In this document: positions 29,252 through 37,587 of the stretch, in pieces
Layout: every line of letters begins with the position of its first letter
Numbering within the stretch: position 1 is the first letter of the stretch
Assembly (NCBI GenBank): GCA_031441465.1
Contig: JANOEP010000047.1
Span: 11,801 to 75,800, forward strand
DNA: 64,000 bases
From: a bacterium
GTDB lineage: Bacteria > Krumholzibacteriota > Krumholzibacteriia > LZORAL124-64-63
Reading direction: 5' to 3'
Made by a program: the position numbers and the translations under genes
The notes under the pieces: generated by a model
Databases searched by the model: none
Told to the model about the DNA's origin: nothing
The model's input: only the letters and a program-made list of their open reading frames with translations

Positions 29252-29989
29252 ATGATCAAGAGATCGTTCGATATCGCGGTGGCGGTTTGTGGAATCGTGC
29301 CGCTGCTGCCGGTCATGTTCGTGATCGCGGCGGCAGTCAAACTCACCAGTCCCGGCCCGGTGTTCTACCGACAGGTCCGTGTCGGCCGCAACGGCCGGCC
29401 GTTCCGCATCTACAAGTTCCGCTCGATGGTCTGCGACGCCGAATTGCGCGGTGGTCCCCTGACCGTCGGCGGCGACGCTCGCATCACGCCGTTCGGCCGG
29501 TTCCTGCGCCGGCACAAGCTCGACGAGTGGCCCCAGCTGTTCAATGTGCTGTGCGGGGAGATGTCCCTCGTCGGCCCCCGGCCGGAAGTCCCAGAATTTA
29601 TCGAGATGTACCCCGAGAGCTACAAGCGCATCCTCAGCGTGCGGCCGGGCATGACCAGCCTGACCACCCTCGTGTTCCGCAACGAGGAGCAGCTCCTGGC
29701 CGCGGTTGCGGATCCCCGGCGTCTATACCGTGAGACGATCCTGCCCTACAAGATCATGCACGCTTCGAAGTCCCTGCAGCACCAGCATCTGAGCGAGGAT
29801 GTGCGGACGATCGTGGCCACCATCTTCAACGCCGCCGAAACCATCACCGCAGAGGAACTCGATTGCGCCGCCGCCGACCTGCCGCGCCTGGTCCGCCCAG
29901 CCAGCAGGAAAGCGCCGGACTTCGTGCCGGAGGCCGACACCGCCCGCGAGTACGAGCTAGCGGTATCCACATCGGCTGGGAAAACTTAG
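29252..29989 (+). CDS. Monotopic phosphoglycosyl transferase (PglC/WcfS-like bacterial sugar transferase)
   Basis: GGAGGG RBS. KRSFD, F.IYKFRSM and LDEWPQLFNVL.GEMSLVGPRPE motifs. Confidence 0.9.
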   Translation: MIKRSFDIAVAVCGIVPLLPVMFVIAAAVKLTSPGPVFYRQVRVGRNGRPFRIYKFRSMVCDAELRGGPLTVGGDARITPFGRFLRRHKLDEWPQLFNVLCGEMSLVGPRPEVPEFIEMYPESYKRILSVRPGMTSLTTLVFRNEEQLLAAVADPRRLYRETILPYKIMHASKSLQHQHLSEDVRTIVATIFNAAETITAEELDCAAADLPRLVRPASRKAPDFVPEADTAREYELAVSTSAGKT

Positions 29990-30040
29990 CTCCGCCGGCC
30001 CTGGCTTGTCTGAATCGACCCTCACGCGCCCGGAGGCGAC

Positions 30041-31228
30041 GTGATCGGACAATCCGAGAGTAGCCTGTCCCATCTGGAGTGCCCGCTCTGCGGCCAGCGT
30101 CACGATGCCGACATCCTGCAGAACCTGTGCACGGATTGCGGCAAGCCCCTGCTGGCCCGCTACGACCTGGCCCTCGCCGCCCAGACCCTCACCCTCGCCT
30201 CCCTGCCCTCCCGCCCCCGCAACCTGTGGCGCTGGGCCGAGGTGTTGCCCGTCCGCGACCCCGCCCATCGCCTGACCCTCGGTGAAGGCTCGACCCCGCT
30301 GGCGCCCGCCCCCCGTCTCGGCGAAGCGCTCGGCCTGCCCCGCCTGCTGGTCAAGGACGAGGGCCTCAACCCCACGACCAGCTTCAAGGCCCGCGGCATG
30401 GCGGCGGCCGTCTCCCGTGCGCGCGAACTGGGCGCGACGGTGCTCTCGACCCCATCGGCCGGGAACGCCGCCGGCGCGCTGGCGGCCTACGCCGCCCTGG
30501 CCGGCCTGCCCGCCCGCGTCTACATGCCCCGCGACGTCCCCACCCCGTTCGTAGCCGAGTGCCGGGCGCTGGGGGCGCAGGTCGCCCTGGTCGACGGTCT
30601 GATCACCGACTGCGGCCGCCTCGCCGCCGCGGATCTGCTCACCGCCGGCGGCTTCGACTTGTCGACCCTCAAGGAGCCCTACCGTCTCGAAGGCAAGAAG
30701 ACGATGGGCTACGAGCTGGCCGAACAGCTCGGCTGGCGATTGCCCGACGTCATCGTCTACCCGACGGGTGGCGGCACGGGGCTGATCGGCATGGCCAAGG
30801 CCTTCGACGAGCTGGAGGAGCTGGGCTGGATCGGAGCCGCGCGCCCGCGCCTGGTCACCGTCCAGTGCGCGGGCTGCGCCCCGTTGGTGCGGGCCTTCGC
30901 GGCCGGCGACGAGTTCGCCTCGCCCTGGGTGGGCGCGACGACCATCGCCGACGGGCTGCGCGTGCCCTCCGCCGTGGGCGACTTCCTGGTGCTGCGTGCG
31001 CTGCGGGCGAGCGCCGGCACGGCGGTGGCCGTCACCGACGCCGAGGCCCTCGAAGGATGCTCGCTGCTGGCCCGCGAAGGGATCTTCGCCGCACCCGAGG
31101 GGGGCGCCACGGTGGCGGCCGCCCGTGATCTCGCAGCTTCGGGGTGGCTGCATCCCGAGGAGACGGTCCTGCTGTTCAACACCGGCAGCGGCCACAAGTA
31201 CGCGCACCTGTGGGCGGGTGGAGCTTGA
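30041..31228 (+). CDS. thrC: Threonine synthase-like PLP enzyme (fold type II)
   Basis: N-terminal CxxC..CxxC, LGEG.TPL, NPTTSFKARG, SAGNA, EGKKTMGYE, PTGGGTG and FNTGSG.KY motifs. Confidence 0.82.
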   Translation: MIGQSESSLSHLECPLCGQRHDADILQNLCTDCGKPLLARYDLALAAQTLTLASLPSRPRNLWRWAEVLPVRDPAHRLTLGEGSTPLAPAPRLGEALGLPRLLVKDEGLNPTTSFKARGMAAAVSRARELGATVLSTPSAGNAAGALAAYAALAGLPARVYMPRDVPTPFVAECRALGAQVALVDGLITDCGRLAAADLLTAGGFDLSTLKEPYRLEGKKTMGYELAEQLGWRLPDVIVYPTGGGTGLIGMAKAFDELEELGWIGAARPRLVTVQCAGCAPLVRAFAAGDEFASPWVGATTIADGLRVPSAVGDFLVLRALRASAGTAVAVTDAEALEGCSLLAREGIFAAPEGGATVAAARDLAASGWLHPEETVLLFNTGSGHKYAHLWAGGA

Positions 31229-31254
31229 CAGAGAGCCGTGCCGGTGACCATGAT
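31225..31254 (+). promoter_or_regulatory. Putative sigma70 promoter for the GAF-EamA-HI0933 genes
   Basis: TTGACA (31225-31230), 18 nt spacer, CATGAT. Confidence 0.45.
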
Positions 31255-31331
31255 GCAAGCCGACGGCGCAGGCCCTGTATAACTGTTCACAAATAAACAA
31301 GTTAATCGGATCAGGATCCAGGAGGAAGTCC

Positions 31332-31790
31332 ATGAACCCCTACGACGAGCTGCTTGCGAAAGCCCGCCCGATCGTCGAGGCGGACCTGCGCTCCGAGGAC
31401 AAGATGCAGGCTGTCACCGCGCTGCTCGCCGCAGGCGTCGAGGGTTTCGACTGCGTCGCCTTCTTCCTGGTCGATCCCGAGAACCCGCGCCAGTTGCTGA
31501 TCGGACCCCGCAGCGGCGCCGCGCTTTCCCCGACCCACATCGCGATCGGCCAAGGCGTCTGCGGGCGGGTCGTCGAGCACGCCATCACGATCGTCGTGGA
31601 CGACGTCACCCAGGAACTGAACTACTTGCCCGGCCACCCGGACACGCGCAGCGAGATCGTGCTGCCGGTCTTCCGCAACGGCCAGGTCGTCGCCGAACTG
31701 GACGTCAATTCGTTCCAACTCGCCCGCTTCCAGCCCGAGGAGCGGCTCTTCCTCGAAGAACTGTGCCTCCTGCTGACCGACCGGATCTGA
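31332..31790 (+). CDS. Standalone GAF domain protein (MsrC/YebR-like)
   Basis: GQGVCG, V.DV, SEIVLP and ELDVNS motifs; AGGAGG RBS. Confidence 0.85.
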   Translation: MNPYDELLAKARPIVEADLRSEDKMQAVTALLAAGVEGFDCVAFFLVDPENPRQLLIGPRSGAALSPTHIAIGQGVCGRVVEHAITIVVDDVTQELNYLPGHPDTRSEIVLPVFRNGQVVAELDVNSFQLARFQPEERLFLEELCLLLTDRI

Positions 31791-31803
31791 GCCGGAGGCT
31801 CCC

Positions 31804-32730
31804 GTGAACCACCCTCAGCACGACCAGCCCCTGAGCCGCGCGGGTCTCGCCCACCTCGGCGTCGTCTATGTCGTCTGGGGCAGCACCTACCTCGCCATCC
31901 GACTGGCCGTGCGCGAGGGCGCCGGCTTCCCGCCCTTCACGCTGGCCTGCCTGCGCGTGCTGGCCGCCGCCGCCGTGCTGCTGGGCTGGGCCGCGATCCG
32001 CGGCCACCGCCTGCGGCCCACGCGCCGGGAGACGGTCGTGCTGGCCGGCTCGGGCCTGCTGCTTTGGGTCGGCGGCAACGGGTTGGTGACCTGGGCCGAG
32101 CAGCGCGCCGACTCGGGCATCGCGGCCCTGCTGGTCGGGATCATGCCCATCTGGGGGGCGCTGATCGAGGCCGTGCTCGACCGGCGCGCCCCGTCGCCCA
32201 AACTGGCCGGTTCGTTGCTGATCGGCTTCGCCGGCGTGGGCCTGCTTTCGTGGCCGCTGCTGCGCCACGGCACCAGCGCCGACGTCTGGGCGGTCATTGG
32301 CCTGCTGATCGCGCCGCTCACCTGGATCGCCGGCTCGATCTGGATGGCGCGCCGCCGGCCGGGCTTGTCGATCCAGGCCGCGTCGGGCTGGCAGCAACTC
32401 TTCGGCGGCCTGGGCTTTCTGGTGGTGATCGCGCTGACCGGCGAGCCGCGCCCGACGCCGACCGGCGAGGCGTGGCTGGCCTGGGCCTACCTGACGGTCT
32501 TCGGCTCCATCGTGGCCTTCACCTCGTACGTGACGGTGCTGCGCCTGCTGCCGATGCAGGTGGCCATGACCTACACCTACGCCAACCCGGTCATCGCCGT
32601 GCTGCTGGGGCACCTGATCCTCGACGAGCCCATCACCTCGTGGACGCTGGGCGGGGCCGTGCTGGTGATGGCGGGGATCGCGGGGGTCTTCAACAACCGC
32701 CTGCAGCCCATGAAGAAGGTGGCGGCGTGA
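31804..32730 (+). CDS. EamA/DMT family transporter (YedA-like)
   Basis: VWGSTYLAIR, SGIAAL, YL.VFGS.VAF and Y.NPVIAV.LG motifs; about 10 TMs. Confidence 0.9.
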   Translation: MNHPQHDQPLSRAGLAHLGVVYVVWGSTYLAIRLAVREGAGFPPFTLACLRVLAAAAVLLGWAAIRGHRLRPTRRETVVLAGSGLLLWVGGNGLVTWAEQRADSGIAALLVGIMPIWGALIEAVLDRRAPSPKLAGSLLIGFAGVGLLSWPLLRHGTSADVWAVIGLLIAPLTWIAGSIWMARRRPGLSIQAASGWQQLFGGLGFLVVIALTGEPRPTPTGEAWLAWAYLTVFGSIVAFTSYVTVLRLLPMQVAMTYTYANPVIAVLLGHLILDEPITSWTLGGAVLVMAGIAGVFNNRLQPMKKVAA

Positions 32731-33983
32731 CCGGCGTGGATTCCGGCAGAACAGCCGACCTCGTCGTCGCCGGCGCCGGCCCCGCCGGCGTCTTCGCCGC
32801 CATCCGTTGCCGCGAGCTGGCGCCCGCCGCCCGCGTGATCGTCCTGGAACGCGGTCGCGAGCCGCTGCGCAAGGTGCTGATCAGCGGCGGCGGCCGCTGC
32901 AACGTGACGAACGTCCGCACCGACCCGCGCGAACTCGCGACGTTCTACCCGCGCGGCGGCCGCGAGCTGATGGGCCCGTTCTCGCGCTTCGGCCCCGCCG
33001 AGACCGTCGCCTGGTTCGCACGGCGCGGCGTCGCACTGCGCGCCCAGCCCGACGGCCGCTACTTCCCGGTCACCGATTCTTCGCGCACGGTCGTCGACGC
33101 CCTGCTGCGCGCCGTCCGGGAGACGGGCGTCGAGCTGCGCCTGGGCTGCGGCTTGCGGTCGGCGGCCCGTGCGCCCGACGGCGGCTTCGCCCTCGAGACC
33201 GACGCCGGCCCCCTGCACGCGCGCGCGCTGCTGCTGGCGACCGGCGGCGGCAGCGGCAACGCCGGCTGGACCGCAGCCGCCGACCTCGGCCACACGGTCG
33301 CGCCGCCGGTGCCCTCGCTCTTCACCTTCCGCTGCCGCGACCCTCGCCTCCAGAACCTGGCCGGCATCGCCTTCACCGACGCCGAGGTGCGGCTCGCCGG
33401 CACCAAACACCGCCGTCGCGGCCCCCTGCTGGTCACCCACGACGGGCTGAGCGGCCCCGCCGTGCTGCTGCTCTCGGCGTGGAGCGCGCGCGAACTGCAC
33501 GCCTGCGAGTACCGCTTCGACGTCCTGGTGGACTGGATCCCCGCCGTGCCGGCGGATGCCGTGCGCGAGGCCCTGACGAAGGCGCGTCGCGACCACCCTC
33601 GCCGCCAGGTTCGCACCTTGGCCCCGGTCGTCCTGCCCCAGCGGCTGTGGGAATCCCTGATGGAGGGCGCGGGCATGTCCGACGGTCGCGTCTGGGCCGA
33701 ACTGACCCGCGACGAGGCCGCCATCCTGGCCGACGACCTCAAGGGGACGCACTTCTCGATCGACGGCCAGTCCCCGTTCAAGGAGGAGTTCGTGACCTGC
33801 GGCGGCGTGGCCCTGCGCGAGGTCGACCCGCGCACCTTCGAGAGCCGCCTGGTGCCGGGCCTCTACTTCGCCGGCGAGTTGCTGGAGATCGACGGGGTGA
33901 CCGGGGGGTTCAATTTCCAGAGTTGCTGGACGACGGGATGGTTGGCGGGGAATGCCGCCGCGGGTCGTCTCCAGGCGTCGTAA
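32727..33983 (+). CDS. HI0933/YhiN family flavoprotein
   Basis: GAGPAG, KVLISGGGRCNVTN, LLATGG, VTCGGV and GELLEIDG.TGGFNFQ motifs. Confidence 0.92.
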   Translation: MTGVDSGRTADLVVAGAGPAGVFAAIRCRELAPAARVIVLERGREPLRKVLISGGGRCNVTNVRTDPRELATFYPRGGRELMGPFSRFGPAETVAWFARRGVALRAQPDGRYFPVTDSSRTVVDALLRAVRETGVELRLGCGLRSAARAPDGGFALETDAGPLHARALLLATGGGSGNAGWTAAADLGHTVAPPVPSLFTFRCRDPRLQNLAGIAFTDAEVRLAGTKHRRRGPLLVTHDGLSGPAVLLLSAWSARELHACEYRFDVLVDWIPAVPADAVREALTKARRDHPRRQVRTLAPVVLPQRLWESLMEGAGMSDGRVWAELTRDEAAILADDLKGTHFSIDGQSPFKEEFVTCGGVALREVDPRTFESRLVPGLYFAGELLEIDGVTGGFNFQSCWTTGWLAGNAAAGRLQAS

Positions 33984-34130
33984 TTTATTCATGACGCAAA
34001 TATTGACACATCAACAATAGACCACTTGGAGGATTCCCATCGGGTGCTACCGATCAGTTAAATATACACACTAATATCTATATAAATCTATATTTGAAAG
34101 ATTTCTGGAGTAATACCCATGACCGGTTCC

Positions 34131-34961
34131 CTAATCAAGACCGGCTTCAGGTTGGCAAGCTGGGCAGAAATGGGTCCCCCTTCCCCCCACCACGATCCTC
34201 TCCAGCACCCCCCCGCAATCCCGACACGGCTCCCCGTCCCTCTGGAACACCCGCAGCTTGCGCCTGAAATCCCCAGGCTGCCCGTGGAAGTCGCGGAAGT
34301 CCAGGAACGTGGTCCCCCCGTGCTCGATCGCCAGGCGCAGCACCCCGCGCACGGCGTCGTAAGCTCGTCGCAGCTCCGCGTCGGTGCAGTCGGCGGGGCG
34401 CCGCAGCGGGTGCACGCGGGCGCGGAACAGGGCCTCGTCGGCGTAGATGTTGCCCACCCCGGCGGCGACCCCCTGGTCCAGCAGCACGGACTTGAAGGGG
34501 GCGCGTCGTCGGCGCAGCCGGTCGGCCCAGGCGGCGAAGCGGATGTCGAGCATGTCGGGCCCGACGTGCTCCAGCGCCGAGGGGTTCACGGCGTCGTCGA
34601 CCAGGGTCCAGCGCCCGAACTTGCGCACGTCGCGGTAGCGGACCTCGCGGCCGTCGAAATCCAGGACCAGGTGCACGTGGCGGTCGGGGCGGTCGGCGGG
34701 CTCGAACAGGACCTGGCCGGTCATCCGCAGGTGGAGCATCAGGTGGGCGGGGGCGGGCGCGTCCTGCCCGAACGTCATGATGAGGTACTTCCCGCGGCGG
34801 TGGACGCGGTCGAGCGTGCGGCCGACGACGGCGCGGCGCACGGCCGCCGCCGAAGGTTCCAGGCAGACGGCGTGGCGCACCTGCAGGCCGGTCAGTCGCC
34901 GGCTCGACAGGGCGGCGCGCAGGGCGCGGGCGACGCTTTCGACCTCCGGCAGTTCCGGCAC
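34131..34961 (-). CDS. mutM: Formamidopyrimidine-DNA glycosylase
   Basis: GTG start giving PELPEVE. RRGKY, HLRMTG, D.RKFG, G.GNIYADE and the C-terminal Zn finger CRDC...FCPACQ. Confidence 0.95.
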   Translation of the reverse strand: MPELPEVESVARALRAALSSRRLTGLQVRHAVCLEPSAAAVRRAVVGRTLDRVHRRGKYLIMTFGQDAPAPAHLMLHLRMTGQVLFEPADRPDRHVHLVLDFDGREVRYRDVRKFGRWTLVDDAVNPSALEHVGPDMLDIRFAAWADRLRRRRAPFKSVLLDQGVAAGVGNIYADEALFRARVHPLRRPADCTDAELRRAYDAVRGVLRLAIEHGGTTFLDFRDFHGQPGDFRRKLRVFQRDGEPCRDCGGVLERIVVGGRGTHFCPACQPEAGLD

Positions 34962-34963
34962 CG

Positions 34964-35722
34964 CTAGAACCCCCGGTCCTTCTTGATGCGGTTGTAGGCC
35001 GCGTTGATTTTCTGCAGCATCTCCTTGCCGGACTGCAGGAACTCCTCGGGCATGCCCTTGCCCTGCAGGATGTCGGGATGGTACTCCCTCGCGATGCGGC
35101 GGTAGGCCTTCTTGACCTCGTCGTCGGTGGCGTCCGGCTTCAAGCCGAGCGCCTCGTAGGCCGTTTCCAGGCTGTCCTGAACCGGGGCGAACAGGGCGTG
35201 GCACTCCTGGTAATCGCGGTCCGAGAGGCCCAGGTCGCGGGCGATGCCCCGGATCATCTCGTCCTCGACCGGGTGCATCCGGCCGTCGGCGTGGGCGATC
35301 TGCAGCAGCAGGGTCACGATCAGACGCAGGCGTTCGGGCGCGTGGCCCAGGATGCCGCGCACCTGCCGGGTGAAGTCTCCGGACGGGATGGGGCTGTCGC
35401 GGGCTTCGTCGAAGATGCGGCCCGCCATGCGGCGGTCCTCGGGCGACATCCGCAGGTGGTCGCGCAGGAAGGCGTCGAAGGTGCGGATCTCCGCCTCGGA
35501 AACGTGCCCGTCGGCCTTGCTGACCTTGGCCGCCAGGCTGATGACGGCCACCATGAAGGCGGTCTGGGTGTCCCGGACACCGGCGGTACGGGCGCCGGCG
35601 CCGCCGCTGCGCACGACCTGGGCGCTGGTCTGCGAGCCGAGGGCCCCGCCGATGATCATCCCGAGCGGCCCGCCCAACATGAAGCCGACCGTGCCGCCGA
35701 ACAGTGCGCCGAGCAGGCCCAT
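34964..35722 (-). CDS. djlA: DnaJ-like membrane co-chaperone (TerB + J domain)
   Basis: Gly-rich N-terminal TM, KADG.VS.AE TerB motif, J domain with HPD and INAAY. Confidence 0.88.
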   Translation of the reverse strand: MGLLGALFGGTVGFMLGGPLGMIIGGALGSQTSAQVVRSGGAGARTAGVRDTQTAFMVAVISLAAKVSKADGHVSEAEIRTFDAFLRDHLRMSPEDRRMAGRIFDEARDSPIPSGDFTRQVRGILGHAPERLRLIVTLLLQIAHADGRMHPVEDEMIRGIARDLGLSDRDYQECHALFAPVQDSLETAYEALGLKPDATDDEVKKAYRRIAREYHPDILQGKGMPEEFLQSGKEMLQKINAAYNRIKKDRGF

Positions 35723-35867
35723 CCCCGTCCGTCCTTCCCGTTCCGTCCGCCAGATCCGCGTTCAAGCCGTTGCCGGAGCGGCCGATGATAATGCCTGCGG
35801 ATCCAGGAGTCCACTTGCGCAGGGGTCCACGGGGCGGGCGGCCCGGCTGCCCGGGAGGTTGAGAGGG

Positions 35868-36839
35868 ATGGTCGACGAGGCGCTCGACGCCGTGTTCGAG
35901 CAAATGCAGATCCAGAGGATCCGCGACGAAATCCTGCCGCTGTTCGCCCGGCTCGCCGCCGGCGAGGAGGCGTTTTTCGACAATCCCAGTCTCGGACGTT
36001 CCCGCGACCCGCTGCGGTCGGAGCCCGCGCTGTGTGCCGTCGGCGGGTTGCGGCACGAGCGCTGCTGGCAGCACGTGCGCGAAAGTCGCCGCCGCCCCCA
36101 CCCCGAGACGTTCTGCTTCCCCGTCGACTGCCGCGAGTGCCCCGTCTACAGCGACGCCCGGCCGTCGATCGTCGAGGAGCTGGGTGAGGAATTCAACAAC
36201 ATGGTCCACCTGCTACGCAGCAACCAGAGGGACGTCCGGAGCGCCATGAACTTCACGCGGGATCTGGCCTGCTCGCTCGAAGATCTCGACCAGGAAAATC
36301 ACCGCATCCGTGAGGAGATGAACCTCGACCTCCTCACGGGCCTGTACAACCGGCGATTCCTCGACGAGAGCCTGGCGAACGAGGTGCAGCGCTGCCAGCA
36401 TCGCCGCCGCCATCTGTCGCTGCTGATGCTCGACATCGACCACTTCAAGACCTGGAACGACCTGCACGGCCACCTCGAGGGCGACCGCATGCTGGCGAGA
36501 TTCGGCAAGCTGCTGCGCGCCTCGATCCGTGACTACGACCGCGCATTCCGCTTCGGCGGCGAGGAATTCGTCGTCCTGTTCCCCGACACCGGTCTCGAAG
36601 ACGCCCGCACCGTGGCCGAGCGCATCCGCCTGCGGTTCGAACAGCTGGTGTTCACCCTGCCGGTCAGCCGCGAGTTCCCCGAGGGGCGCGACTCGCGGAC
36701 CATCAGCGGCGGGGTGGCGAGCTACCGCGACGGCCTCGGAGCGATGGAACTGCTCGAGATGGCGGACCAGGCCCTCTACTGCGCCAAGAGTTCCGGGCGC
36801 AACCGCATCGAGACCGTGCCCCTGCACGTGGTCGTCTGA
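35868..36839 (+). CDS. Diguanylate cyclase with Cys-rich N-terminal domain
   Basis: DLLTGLYNRR, DIDHFK..ND..GH..GD, RFGGEEF and AD.ALY.AK..GRNR motifs; GAGAGG RBS. Confidence 0.9.
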   Translation: MVDEALDAVFEQMQIQRIRDEILPLFARLAAGEEAFFDNPSLGRSRDPLRSEPALCAVGGLRHERCWQHVRESRRRPHPETFCFPVDCRECPVYSDARPSIVEELGEEFNNMVHLLRSNQRDVRSAMNFTRDLACSLEDLDQENHRIREEMNLDLLTGLYNRRFLDESLANEVQRCQHRRRHLSLLMLDIDHFKTWNDLHGHLEGDRMLARFGKLLRASIRDYDRAFRFGGEEFVVLFPDTGLEDARTVAERIRLRFEQLVFTLPVSREFPEGRDSRTISGGVASYRDGLGAMELLEMADQALYCAKSSGRNRIETVPLHVVV

Positions 36840-36949
36840 GCGCCGCGGCCGCCCCCTGCGTTGACGCGGCCGTCATTCGCGTGTACTCATCTAGTCCTCG
36901 CCGCCGGCCCGCTGCCGGCATGCCGCCGCCATCGGTGAAAGGGACCCGG

Positions 36950-37561
36950 ATGGATGTCTTCACGGCCGTCGCCGAGCGACGCTCGATCAAGAAGTTCGAC
37001 CCCGCGCACCGCATGTCCGAGGACGAGATCCGCTGCCTGATGGAGGCGGCGATCCTGTCGCCCACCTCGTTCAATCTCCAGAACTGGCGCTTCGTGCTGG
37101 TGACCGACCAGGTGCGCAAGGAGCGGCTGCGCGCGATCGGCTGGCGCCAGGCCCAGTTCGCCGAGGCCTCGCTGATCGTCCTGATCTGCGGCGACCGCAA
37201 GGCCTACGCCCGCGACCCCGGCCGCTACTGGCGCCACGCGCCCGAAGCGGCCCGTGCGACGATCGTGTCCGCGATCGTCGGCGCCTACGAGGGCCGCGAG
37301 GACCTGCAGCACGACGAGGTCCTGCGCTCCGGCGGCATGGCCGCGCAGACCATCATGCTCGTGGCCAAGGCGATGGGGTACGACACTTGCCCCATGGTCG
37401 GCTTCGACTTCGCCAAGGCCGCCGCGCTGGTGAACCTGCCGCCCGACCACGAGATCGTCATGGCCGTGGCCGTCGGCAGGCGCCTCGAGCACCCCCAGCC
37501 GCGCGGTGGGCAGCTGCCCCTGGCGGAGGTCGTGATCCGCGAACGCTTCCCCGAAGCCTGA
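36950..37561 (+). CDS. Nitroreductase family protein
   Basis: RRSIKKFDP, SPTSFNLQNWRF and GYDTCPMVGFD motifs. Confidence 0.9.
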   Translation: MDVFTAVAERRSIKKFDPAHRMSEDEIRCLMEAAILSPTSFNLQNWRFVLVTDQVRKERLRAIGWRQAQFAEASLIVLICGDRKAYARDPGRYWRHAPEAARATIVSAIVGAYEGREDLQHDEVLRSGGMAAQTIMLVAKAMGYDTCPMVGFDFAKAAALVNLPPDHEIVMAVAVGRRLEHPQPRGGQLPLAEVVIRERFPEA

Positions 37562-37587
37562 CGCCCGTACCTGCACGGAGGATCCGC

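Noticed and set aside
34131..36209. Apparent 692 aa MutM fusion
   Set aside because: MutM needs an N-terminal Pro (PELPEV at 34961); the extension overlaps djlA and the GGDEF gene in other frames.
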